DNA of 64,000 nt from a virus: positions 32,001 through 96,000 of IMG/VR virus record IMGVR_UViG_3300010430_000004; one strand, 5' to 3'. Positions within the stretch are counted from its first letter, which is position 1. Each line of letters opens with the position of its first letter. The position numbers and the translations under genes are program-made. Below, piece by piece: positions 1 through 8,377 of the stretch. The notes beneath the pieces were generated by a model that saw only the letters and a list, made by a program, of their open reading frames with translations, searched no databases and had not been told where the DNA came from.

Positions 1-411
1 CTCATTAGTTATAAACAAAACCTTTCTTTGTTCACGATAAAGTCCCCATGCAATATTTGCAGCAAAAGTAGATTTACCTTGTTTTTGAGCAGCTAGAAAA
101 CAATAAAGTTGGTTACGAGCAACTTTACAGTGCTCTTGAAATAATTTGTCAATGAATGGTCTGTTTAGTAGCGCGTCTTCTCTCGCCTCGTTGTCCAAAA
201 TAAAATCATCGTCACCATCATAGGCTTGATTAAAGAGTTTCACAGGGTCCAAACTCTCAAGACTCTCAAGGCCTCTGTTCATTGTCTTATTTCGTTCATT
301 CTCTCTTTTAATTCTATTAATTCTATTTTGCTCATCAAGATTTTGGATAGCTGTTTCTTCTTCTACAAGCGTTTCCAATTCTTTGCCAAATTTTTCCTTA
401 GCATCACTCAC
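1..411 (-). CDS. DnaB/RecA-superfamily replicative helicase, N-terminal part (runs off the window)
   Basis: Not in the ORF track. Manual translation from GTG at 411 is open to base 1 and contains the Walker A motif LAAQKQGKSTFAANIAWGLYREQRKVLFITNE. Confidence 0.75.
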   Translation of the reverse strand, partial: MSDAKEKFGKELETLVEEETAIQNLDEQNRINRIKRENERNKTMNRGLESLESLDPVKLFNQAYDGDDDFILDNEAREDALLNRPFIDKLFQEHCKVARNQLYCFLAAQKQGKSTFAANIAWGLYREQRKVLFITNE

Positions 412-1360
412 TGATGGCCTCTTCTTTAGCTTTCCGTTTCTTGTATCTTGCTATCATTTCTTTTCTCATAAGGTCAGTATGTTCATTCTCAAAGTCATCT
501 TCATCTTTAGGCTCAGGCTCTTGTATGTCAAGATCTTTAGCAAACCATTCACCTAGCAATGATTCAAATTTTTCTTCAATATTTTCTTTGTATTCTTTTT
601 GAGCTTTAGTTTTTTGTTTCTTGCCAAAGTAATGAGTGACTAGTGTACTGACTGTAAATATGTCATTGTCAAAGTCGTCGCAATTTAAAGCGGCAGTTTC
701 TATAATAGCTGATAGCAATCCAAAATTAACGCTTTCGCTTGCTGGAAATCTACCATTTAGCATTTCTTTAAAACTTATTTTGTTGGTTTTTGTCTCGACT
801 TCTTGCTTGACTGGATTTGCTTTGATAGCAGTGTCTTTAGCTTTAGTGTCTTCAAACTTATTATTATCGTTATTCTTGTTATTAAGGAATTGTTCTAATT
901 GTTTTGTTTGTTCGTTTATATCAACCTTCATATATTCTAGAATTTCAGGCAATGCTATTTTAAGGCCCAAGGGCTTTCTGCTAGTTTTGTCATTGTCAAA
1001 AATTATCTCAAAGATACCAGAATCAGTGGCCTTTTTGATAACATCTTTATATTGATTGCTACTAAAAGCCTTGCCTTGTTCAAAGGTATAATTTTGATCA
1101 CTTCTTATCAGATTTTGCAATGAAGTTCTAGTAACTGCAAAACACACCTTATTTTGGTGAATGGCACTATTTAGCATTGTAGCTAGTGCCCTGCTTATAG
1201 GATCGTAGCCAAAACTCTCGTTGTTTAGGTCGTCATATAAGTCCTGAGACATCTGCCAGTGAGGATGTATCAAGTCTTCTGGCTGAATAACCTTGGTTGT
1301 TTTCAATATAATTAATTCGTTTTTGGTTGCCAATATCTTTTTCATTAGCAGACTTGCCAT
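404..1360 (-). CDS. Hypothetical protein, possible replication initiator or helicase partner
   Basis: 318-aa ORF with AGGAG RBS; overlaps the helicase start; function inferred from context only. Confidence 0.5.
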   Translation of the reverse strand: MASLLMKKILATKNELIILKTTKVIQPEDLIHPHWQMSQDLYDDLNNESFGYDPISRALATMLNSAIHQNKVCFAVTRTSLQNLIRSDQNYTFEQGKAFSSNQYKDVIKKATDSGIFEIIFDNDKTSRKPLGLKIALPEILEYMKVDINEQTKQLEQFLNNKNNDNNKFEDTKAKDTAIKANPVKQEVETKTNKISFKEMLNGRFPASESVNFGLLSAIIETAALNCDDFDNDIFTVSTLVTHYFGKKQKTKAQKEYKENIEEKFESLLGEWFAKDLDIQEPEPKDEDDFENEHTDLMRKEMIARYKKRKAKEEAISE

Positions 1361-1428
1361 TATTTTCTCCTAAATACTTAAAACCAGTAAAGAAACCAGG
1401 AATATACTAAAATTTCTGTACGCTTTAA

Positions 1429-1436
1429 TAATATCG
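1429..1436 (-). promoter_or_regulatory. Putative phage middle promoter box CGATATTA
   Basis: Copy of the YGATAYTA motif oriented toward ORF 1360. Confidence 0.55.
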
Positions 1437-1443
1437 CAAAACC

Positions 1444-1516
1444 CTATACCGAATACTATACCGAATACTATACCGAATACTATACACAGAATAAGAATAA
1501 GAATAAGAATAAGAAT
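1444..1516. repeat. Tandem repeats (CTATACCGAATA)x3.5 and (AGAATA)x~5
   Basis: 12-bp units at 1444, 1456 and 1468 plus a partial unit at 1480; 6-bp units at 1488-1516. Confidence 0.9.
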
Positions 1517-2019
1517 TATTCAAAATACCCATTCTCTTCTAAATACTCCCTTTCAGGGGTTATGAAATTTTCTCTATAAGCCTTTTTAACACGATCATCA
1601 GAATAATCATTGTCACTATCCCACTTCATTTGAGGTCTGTATTTCTTCATAAGCTTTTTACCAGAGCTATCGGCGCATTGTTCAGCCTTGAGTCCATATC
1701 TAATAGTAGCAAAGGCCCTGTCAACTTCATCTATATAAGATTGACTCTTAGATGCTGAACTCTCGTATTTATAGTACTTTCCATCTACATAATTTCTATG
1801 ATGACCAAGCTCATGGAAGAAATCTTGCCAAACGTGCATGGCCAGCTGACTAAGATTGATTTGAACAAGCCTATCACAATTATAGATACCACTGCAAAGC
1901 TTTTTAACTGGTTGTATATTTAACCTATAGCCAAACTCAATCAGTGCTATGTGTCTCATTTGTCTGATAATTGAGATGTTCTTTTCTTTGCTTCTCCAGT
2001 AATTGTCATATAATCCCAT
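1516..2019 (-). CDS. Putative Zn-metallopeptidase (HExxH)
   Basis: FFHELGHH motif with a downstream E..AD. Confidence 0.55.
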   Translation of the reverse strand: MGLYDNYWRSKEKNISIIRQMRHIALIEFGYRLNIQPVKKLCSGIYNCDRLVQINLSQLAMHVWQDFFHELGHHRNYVDGKYYKYESSASKSQSYIDEVDRAFATIRYGLKAEQCADSSGKKLMKKYRPQMKWDSDNDYSDDRVKKAYRENFITPEREYLEENGYFE

Positions 2020-2181
2020 TATTGTCCTTTGTTGTATTTGTATAATTCTAATCCACAGCTAATGTAACAAAACAAAGCAAGATAAATGAATTTAGGCTCC
2101 ATAGGTATTAGAACAAATACGTTTAAATTGCCACATAAAAACATGACTATAGCTAAATGTATTCTCATGCTTTTCATAACA

Positions 2182-2394
2182 CTATCCTGTTTGCTTTATA
2201 AATATTGTAATTAGACCAAACAAAATATAAATCCTGTTACCATAGCCTGCCTTTCCAATAACATTACTATAATATTGTTGGTAGCCTATTAAACCGTAAA
2301 GTATTTGCCAGTCTTCGTCACACCTATCTGTATAAATAGAGGTTACGTTTTCTTTAAAAATTCTAGCTTTAGTTTGTAATTTTGTTTCAGTCAT
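2182..2394 (-). CDS. Hypothetical protein
   Basis: 70-aa ORF in the leftward gene run. Confidence 0.5.
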   Translation of the reverse strand: MTETKLQTKARIFKENVTSIYTDRCDEDWQILYGLIGYQQYYSNVIGKAGYGNRIYILFGLITIFIKQTG

Positions 2395-2570
2395 AGTTCT
2401 CTTAACCTCTTTCTTAGTTCTTCAAGTATTTTCTCAAATCTCTTAAACTTATCTTCTACTTCAACTCGTTTAGCACTGGTTCCACATCTACCTTTATTGT
2501 CGGTAATTTCTGTGTGTAGTAAAATAAACATTTCAAGGCTATTGATTTCTCTCTCAAGCCTTTCAATGTC

Positions 2571-2861
2571 TTAGTCTTTACTAGTTTTCTTCCCAACACC
2601 AATAACCTCACTTATTTCGTTTAATATAAATTTGTTCTTGCTTAAGAGATTTTCTAGTTTTTTAATATTCTCTTTTAACTCATAAAGCTCTTTATCTTTC
2701 TTATAGTCATTGTATATCTTATACATAGAAGTTTTGCCCATTTTTTTAGGAAAGCAAATCAGCCTAGTTTTAGGTTTGCTTTCAAAGGCTTCAATCATTA
2801 ATAACTGATAGTCATGTAGTTTATATCCCAGATGCTTTTCAGAAAATTCTTTAAAACTCAT
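2571..2861 (-). CDS. Hypothetical protein with a degenerate terminase/helicase-like N-terminal motif
   Basis: LHDYQ...PKKMGKTS resembles a Q-motif plus Walker A fragment. Confidence 0.5.
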   Translation of the reverse strand: MSFKEFSEKHLGYKLHDYQLLMIEAFESKPKTRLICFPKKMGKTSMYKIYNDYKKDKELYELKENIKKLENLLSKNKFILNEISEVIGVGKKTSKD

Positions 2862-2992
2862 ACAATAACAACCTTAAATCCAGCTTTATTTAGTTCAGTT
2901 AGCTGTTTGTTAGAGATTTTAGTAACCCTAACAGTTTTGGTTTTCAATGCTTCTTTAATTTTTCTAGGTAAATCCATATAGATAACGTTCAT
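2858..2992 (-). CDS. Small hypothetical protein (44 aa)
   Basis: Manual ORF MNVIYMDLPRK..., GGAG RBS, ATGA overlap with the next gene. Confidence 0.55.
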   Translation of the reverse strand: MNVIYMDLPRKIKEALKTKTVRVTKISNKQLTELNKAGFKVVIV

Positions 2993-3003
2993 TGTTTTAT
3001 CTC

Positions 3004-3555
3004 CTACTGTTTTACTTCTTTAAATCTAGATGGACAGTTATCAGCGTGTAAAGCGTCTTTAATTGTTTTCTGTCCACAAGTACACTTTGGATGATGTTCT
3101 TTAAAAAAGAACTTTTTAAGTTTATCAGCCTCAGTTTCCTCTGTTTCTTCTTCTGCTTCTTTGATCATTTCCTTAATTTCTTGCTTCTTAACCTCATTTT
3201 CAAGATCTGTTAATGATGATCCTGTAGGCAATGTTACAGTGTTCCAACGATTGGTGTTTGTTTTACTTTCAAGGTGTTTGTCAAGATCTTTCACTTTGCT
3301 GGTCACTATACTGTTTAGGTCTTGACTAAACTCAATAACAACTTCTGGTATATTTATTTGTCCACCAACGTCTTTAAAGTCATCATGTTCAAGATAGAAA
3401 TAATAAGTCCCTATCCTAGTAGGGTCATGCTCAATCATTACCAATTTAATGTCCTTTGGTAATTGAGAGAGAATATTCCTATAGGCATAGTGATTTAAAG
3501 GCCATTTATTTGCGTTAAGCCCTACATTATTAATTGCTATCTTGATTTGCCTCAT
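3004..3555 (-). CDS. Hypothetical protein with a C-terminal CxC...H...C motif
   Basis: 183-aa ORF; KCTCG...HADNC. Confidence 0.6.
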   Translation of the reverse strand: MRQIKIAINNVGLNANKWPLNHYAYRNILSQLPKDIKLVMIEHDPTRIGTYYFYLEHDDFKDVGGQINIPEVVIEFSQDLNSIVTSKVKDLDKHLESKTNTNRWNTVTLPTGSSLTDLENEVKKQEIKEMIKEAEEETEETEADKLKKFFFKEHHPKCTCGQKTIKDALHADNCPSRFKEVKQ

Positions 3556-4091
3556 CCTACTTGCTCTTCTTTTTGAATAGTAGGGTTTGATGGATAAATT
3601 CTACCCATAGGGTTTAGCCTTGGCACTCTAAATTGTTTAGCTTCATTATTAAGCAAGAAACCAGTTTTAATTTTTTCAGTTACTGCTAATTCAGTGCCAT
3701 CTAAAAGATAAACTGTTCTGCCTATTTCAAAAGGCTCATTAATCCACTCTACATTATATGGAGCATAACTTCTAATGCTTGTCTTGTCCACTACAGAATC
3801 TTTAAGTTCAATATCCCAACCAATAATTTTGGCAGCGTCCATGAATAATTTAAGGTCTCCATCTTCTTCTAAGAAGACGCGAGTAGAGTTTATAAAGCTA
3901 AATGGGCTTATTAAATCTTTGATGCCAGTGGCTACGATGTCTTCGTGAGGCACACTCACCCAGCCATGTCCAGGGTCTTGAGTATAAGTATATTTCTTTT
4001 TAATTTTAGTTTTGATTTTTAATTCTGTGACATTTTGTCCGAATTCTTGTCCAGCTAATGGTTTATTTTGAGTTCCGATTGGTAAGTTCAT
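3552..4091 (-). CDS. Phage early protein with a DPGHGW...FLEED motif
   Basis: Start moved to MNLPIG (AAGGAG RBS, sigma70 promoter upstream). Confidence 0.6.
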   Translation of the reverse strand: MNLPIGTQNKPLAGQEFGQNVTELKIKTKIKKKYTYTQDPGHGWVSVPHEDIVATGIKDLISPFSFINSTRVFLEEDGDLKLFMDAAKIIGWDIELKDSVVDKTSIRSYAPYNVEWINEPFEIGRTVYLLDGTELAVTEKIKTGFLLNNEAKQFRVPRLNPMGRIYPSNPTIQKEEQVG

Positions 4092-4112
4092 CTTGGCTCC
4101 TTGGTTAATTTT

Positions 4113-4169
4113 AATATAACATAGATTGTTAAAAAATGCTAGTAAAATTTTAAAACGTCTCAAAATGAG
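4113..4169 (-). promoter_or_regulatory. sigma70-type promoter with palindromic operator
   Basis: TAGCAT-N17-TATATT with extended TG; CTCAAAATGAG at 4159-4169. Confidence 0.7.
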
Positions 4170-4170
4170 A

Positions 4171-4485
4171 TTAGGCAGCAATTTCAATTATTTGTGTGTC
4201 TTCTAGTTGTTCTTCTTTTTGTTTTAAATTGTTTTTGAATAATCTTAAAAGTATGTCTACATCCATGCCACAAGTTTCTAGTGTAATATCCCAAACGCAT
4301 TTATCTAAATGTATCATACACTTATTATTTCTAAAACCACGGTATTTAAAAGCAAAGGTCATTTTATCAAAGCCAATAATTTCCATCATTAGCTCTAAGG
4401 CCTTGCCTTCGTTGTGGTAAAACCTTTTTTCTCTTCCTTCAATTATTATTAAAACTTCTTTAGTATTTATCCACAAAACGTTCAT
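4171..4485 (-). CDS. Hypothetical protein
   Basis: GGAGG RBS before MNVLW. Confidence 0.6.
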   Translation of the reverse strand: MNVLWINTKEVLIIIEGREKRFYHNEGKALELMMEIIGFDKMTFAFKYRGFRNNKCMIHLDKCVWDITLETCGMDVDILLRLFKNNLKQKEEQLEDTQIIEIAA

Positions 4486-4527
4486 ATTGGCCTCCAAAAT
4501 AAAAGGGCACTATGTGCCCCATACTGT

Positions 4528-5145
4528 TTAGAAATTAAGTCCACCATTAAGGTAAGCAGATCCTTGCATATGAATTTGTCCACCAATGCTATAACGTTGT
4601 TTTTTACCAAAACGTCTTTGATACATAAGACCCATATCAAATTCTTCATCAGTTTCAGCACGATAACTGCCAGTAGCTTCTTTGACTTTTAATTTAGTAG
4701 GTGTAATGCCAACAACTAAACTAATAGTGTTTTTCTTAGAAATGTCACGGTCAACATATTCTGTACGAATGACTACAGGTTTAATTTTCTTTTTGCTCTT
4801 AACCACTTTAATTCTGTTTTGGTTTCTTGGTACAATTTTAAATTTGTCACCATCAAGCTCAACAGTTTTTCCATCCTTAGTAGTGCGAACAATTTTGGAG
4901 TCTTTAAACACTTCAGGTGTTTCTTCTTTTACATAATGCTTTTCTACATCACTTGTATCTACATTACATACTCCAGTTTTATCTAAAATACACTCAGTAA
5001 ACTCTCTGCTATCTTCATCCATGATCTGATCTAATTCAAAAAGAAGCTCAGTATCAGCCTTGGCATTGACAGCAAAGGCCATAGTTAGTAGAATAATAAC
5101 TGCTAGTGTGTTTAGTACTTTTAGTGTTTTGTTAAAGTTCATCAT
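4528..5145 (-). CDS. Secreted protein with outer-membrane beta-strand-like C-terminus
   Basis: Signal peptide (AFAVNAKA) and terminal YLNGGLNF. Confidence 0.5.
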   Translation of the reverse strand: MMNFNKTLKVLNTLAVIILLTMAFAVNAKADTELLFELDQIMDEDSREFTECILDKTGVCNVDTSDVEKHYVKEETPEVFKDSKIVRTTKDGKTVELDGDKFKIVPRNQNRIKVVKSKKKIKPVVIRTEYVDRDISKKNTISLVVGITPTKLKVKEATGSYRAETDEEFDMGLMYQRRFGKKQRYSIGGQIHMQGSAYLNGGLNF

Positions 5146-5171
5146 TTTATTTCTCCTATTTAAGTTCATTA

Positions 5172-6332
5172 TTAGTTAAAGTCCAAAACTTTTATAATCA
5201 TAGATGAGTATTCGCCTTCTATAGTAACTTGCAAGTCATCTACCCAACAAATCTCACCTTGCTCATCATTGCTGTTCTCACCAGAAGCAATGTTGTTACA
5301 ATAAGCAAATCGTCCACCACCACTATGATGACAGTCATCATTATTGTAAACATCTGCATGGTCACCTTCATTTTCAACATAAAGACCTGGAGCAATATTA
5401 TAGCATTGGCCAGTAACAGGGGTCAAAACAGTAGACAAGATAACAGCATCAGTACCGTTAGTACCATTAGTTCCATTAGTTCCATTAGTTCCATCAGTAC
5501 CGTTAGTTCCATTTGTTCCATCTTTGCCGTCTTTACCGTCTTTGCCGTTTTCAATAACAAGCTCAGATCCGTCATCACAAACAAGTTTATTGCCTTTTAA
5601 AGTACAGGATTTGCCATCAGTGCCGTTAGTTCCATTTGTACCGTTAGTGCCATCAGTGCCGTTAGTTCCATTTGTACCGTTAGTGCCATCCACACCGTCT
5701 TTACCATCTTTACCGTTAACACCGTTAGTACCGTTAGTGCCATCAGTACCATTTGTGCCGTTGTTTCCTGTATCACCTTTAATATTTGTTTGAAGAACCC
5801 AAACTCCAGCGATTCTTTTAAATACGTCATTGGTATTGGTATTGATAAAGGTATCTCCATCTTTGCCGTCAACACCGTCAACAGGATCTACTGGACCATA
5901 AAGAACTTCAGAACCATCAGCACCATTTAAACCATTAGTACCGTCAACACCATTAGTACCGTTAGTACCGTTTGTTCCAGCAATTCCTTGAATGCCCTGA
6001 GTACCTTGAATGCCCTGAACACCTTGCTTGCCTTGAGCACCAGTAGCGCCTTTAGGTCCGGTTGCTCCTGTAGCACCTGTTGCTCCTGTAGCTCCAGTGT
6101 TTCCTTTGTCGCCTTTTGCTCCATCCACACCGTTAGTACCATTTAAACCGTTAGCTCCATCAACACCATTGTTAATGTCGGCTGTTGTTCCATCTTGACA
6201 TTCAATAGTTCCACCATTAGCGGTGTCTACTACAGTACAAGAGTCTCCTTTAGCTGTTCTAAACTCAACTGATTCATTGGCTCCACAAGCAGTTAATGCC
6301 AGCATCCCCAAAACAATTAATAAATTTTTCAT
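5172..6332 (-). CDS. Collagen-like (Gly-X-Y) lipoprotein
   Basis: Lipobox LTAC; long GAT/GTN/GKD triplet repeats. Confidence 0.85.
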   Translation of the reverse strand: MKNLLIVLGMLALTACGANESVEFRTAKGDSCTVVDTANGGTIECQDGTTADINNGVDGANGLNGTNGVDGAKGDKGNTGATGATGATGATGPKGATGAQGKQGVQGIQGTQGIQGIAGTNGTNGTNGVDGTNGLNGADGSEVLYGPVDPVDGVDGKDGDTFINTNTNDVFKRIAGVWVLQTNIKGDTGNNGTNGTDGTNGTNGVNGKDGKDGVDGTNGTNGTNGTDGTNGTNGTNGTDGKSCTLKGNKLVCDDGSELVIENGKDGKDGKDGTNGTNGTDGTNGTNGTNGTNGTDAVILSTVLTPVTGQCYNIAPGLYVENEGDHADVYNNDDCHHSGGGRFAYCNNIASGENSNDEQGEICWVDDLQVTIEGEYSSMIIKVLDFN

Positions 6333-6354
6333 AATATTCTCCTTTGTTTATTTT

Positions 6355-6412
6355 AATATAACTTATTTTTTTAAAAAATGCAATTAAATTTTTACAAATG
6401 TATCAAAACGAG
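6355..6412 (-). promoter_or_regulatory. sigma70-type promoter with operator
   Basis: TTGCAT-N17-TATATT; ATCAAAACGAG at 6402-6412. Confidence 0.7.
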
Positions 6413-6416
6413 TCGA

Positions 6417-6632
6417 TTAATGATAACTTTCGAAATCGTCTTCAACATCGTCTTCAATTAAACTTTCTTCGAATCTATTATATATTTCCCTTTCTTGCAT
6501 AATACGAACAAGGTCTTCAACTGTACTTAGCCAAGTCTCATCGTATTCTAACATTGGATCGTCTATTAACATATCTTCATGCTTTTTTAAAGCATCTAGC
6601 AGTTCATTATTTGTTAGGGCTTCTAAGCGCAT
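6417..6632 (-). CDS. Small acidic hypothetical protein
   Basis: 71 aa, D/E-rich, GGAG RBS. Confidence 0.65.
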   Translation of the reverse strand: MRLEALTNNELLDALKKHEDMLIDDPMLEYDETWLSTVEDLVRIMQEREIYNRFEESLIEDDVEDDFESYH

Positions 6633-7084
6633 TGTGATTTCTCCTTTTTACGTTCATTATATTGTTTAAGTTCTTCAGCATTTGCTTCAATAAGCATAGC
6701 ACAATCTGCTTGGTCTTTGCCTATATAGTTGATTACCCTTGTTTGTGTATTTTTCCATTTTCCTTCTCCATTACACCAATCTCTCATTTGAAGAAAATAA
6801 AGCATAGAGTTGTAGTTCATGTTTAGTTCCACAGCCAAAGCAACATGATCAGGAGTGTTTCCTTTTTGACTAAGACCACTATCAAGAACAGCAAATACTT
6901 CTTGGTCTTCATACTTTCTCTTTTTATAGCTCTTAAGCTGCTCAATAAGACTCAATACATCTCCAAGGTCTTTGTTGGCTCTTTGTATTCTATCTTGCAT
7001 TGTTGGAATGTTAGCCAATGGCTTTAAACTGTCAACAAGGTCTTCAGCTTTCTCTAATTTCTTTTTCAAATAATTTGGTGTCAT
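6623..7084 (-). CDS. Hypothetical protein
   Basis: 153 aa, AAGGAG RBS. Confidence 0.65.
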   Translation of the reverse strand: MTPNYLKKKLEKAEDLVDSLKPLANIPTMQDRIQRANKDLGDVLSLIEQLKSYKKRKYEDQEVFAVLDSGLSQKGNTPDHVALAVELNMNYNSMLYFLQMRDWCNGEGKWKNTQTRVINYIGKDQADCAMLIEANAEELKQYNERKKEKSQCA

Positions 7085-7105
7085 CAGTGCTCCTTAGTTA
7101 ACTCC

Positions 7106-7163
7106 AATATACCACGTTTTTGTAAAAAAAGCTACTATTTTTTTACAAACGTTTCATTTTGAG
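7106..7163 (-). promoter_or_regulatory. sigma70-type promoter with operator
   Basis: TAGCTT-N17-TATATT with extended TG; TTCATTTTGAG at 7153-7163. Confidence 0.7.
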
Positions 7164-7455
7164 AATCTATAATTGTTTCAAGATCTTTACGATTAAGAGG
7201 GCCAATTCCAATTCTGTTTGGTCTACCAAGATCTACCCACAATTTAAAGTCTTCTATGCTTGGAGTGCTGTAAGGGCTCCAGTCCATTGACTCTTCTTTA
7301 AACACTGTACGCATATCAAGCCTATGACTAGTCTCAGTATCCCATTGAAGCATTTGCACCTTAACTATGTGAAATATTTTGATGTTATCGTCTTCATAGT
7401 CTTTTTCAGGCAAATACTGAACGCCTTTATAAGTAAATTGATCAAATAGTTTCAT
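7135..7455 (-). CDS. Hypothetical protein
   Basis: GGAG RBS before MKLFDQ. Confidence 0.6.
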   Translation of the reverse strand: MKLFDQFTYKGVQYLPEKDYEDDNIKIFHIVKVQMLQWDTETSHRLDMRTVFKEESMDWSPYSTPSIEDFKLWVDLGRPNRIGIGPLNRKDLETIIDSQNETFVKK

Positions 7456-7942
7456 GTTCAACTCCGCAACCAATTACTTGGTTTTCTTGGTTAAGATAAA
7501 CAGCTCTATTATCTATTAGACTATCCATATAATAATCAAGGTTTAATTCATAATAGGGATCGTAGCCAAAGGCATAACTATTCATTATACTAACTGGCTT
7601 TGTATTCTCTTTATTATTATTGTGTGCAAGGCCAAAGTGACAATGACCAAGCTCATGGAAAATTAATTGATGAATAGCATAATAGTTGTGTTTATTGTTT
7701 TCAAAAAATTCAATGTCTATTACCACTCTGTAGTCTTTGCCATAATAGCATCTGCCAATGACATTGCCATCGTTTATTTCTGCAAATTCAACGCTTACTC
7801 CTATAGAAGTGTTATAAACACTTTCAAATTCTTCAACATAGTCTTGAAGTTCATACTCAATGAACGGCTTTCCCATGGCTTTAAAAGATGCGTTGTCACA
7901 CCCCATGAAGCAAAAAGAAAGCAAGATAAGTAACAATTTCAT
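7442..7942 (-). CDS. Lipoprotein Zn-metallopeptidase (matrixin/metzincin-like)
   Basis: Lipobox FMGC; HELGHCHFGLAH and a SIM Met-turn. Confidence 0.75.
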   Translation of the reverse strand: MKLLLILLSFCFMGCDNASFKAMGKPFIEYELQDYVEEFESVYNTSIGVSVEFAEINDGNVIGRCYYGKDYRVVIDIEFFENNKHNYYAIHQLIFHELGHCHFGLAHNNNKENTKPVSIMNSYAFGYDPYYELNLDYYMDSLIDNRAVYLNQENQVIGCGVEHETI

Positions 7943-8295
7943 TAAACTGCCTTAAGAACGTTAAGGTGAGCTTCAGCAACAATAACACAATCTACTGGAC
8001 CAAGGCCAACTATAAACTTGATACCATTGTGCTCATAGCCATGCAAAGTGCCTTCACCATTATCATAGACAAGAGTCATTTCAGCTGTGTCAATATGGTC
8101 TCTAATAATCTCATATTCACTAAGGTCTTCACTAGTAACCATAGCTAACTTAGTTAGAGAGTCGCCTAAATAACCAATAGACTTGCTCCATTCCTGAAAT
8201 TGTTCATCTTCAAGTAAACAGCCATCTTCTTTTTCAAAAAGATAAGGTTCAACTTTTTCTGCTCTGATTCCCTCTAAAACTTTTTCGAAATTCAT
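7942..8295 (-). CDS. Acidic hypothetical protein
   Basis: 117 aa, AAGGAG RBS. Confidence 0.65.
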   Translation of the reverse strand: MNFEKVLEGIRAEKVEPYLFEKEDGCLLEDEQFQEWSKSIGYLGDSLTKLAMVTSEDLSEYEIIRDHIDTAEMTLVYDNGEGTLHGYEHNGIKFIVGLGPVDCVIVAEAHLNVLKAV

Positions 8296-8316
8296 ACAAT
8301 CTCCTTGGTTAATTTT

Positions 8317-8376
8317 AGTATAACACGTTTTTGTAAAAAAAGCAAACTTTTTTGTAAAACTGTCTCATTTCGAGAC
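8317..8376 (-). promoter_or_regulatory. sigma70-type promoter with operator
   Basis: TTGCTT-N17-TATACT; GTCTCATTTCGAGAC at 8362-8376. Confidence 0.75.
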
Positions 8377-8377
8377 G

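Noticed and set aside
2571-2861. Terminase large subunit
   Set aside because: Only a short degenerate Walker-A-like fragment; far too short and without a nuclease domain
5229-6142. Alternative-frame and antisense ORFs over the collagen gene (and similar ones across the tail genes)
   Set aside because: Shadow ORFs caused by repeats and codon bias
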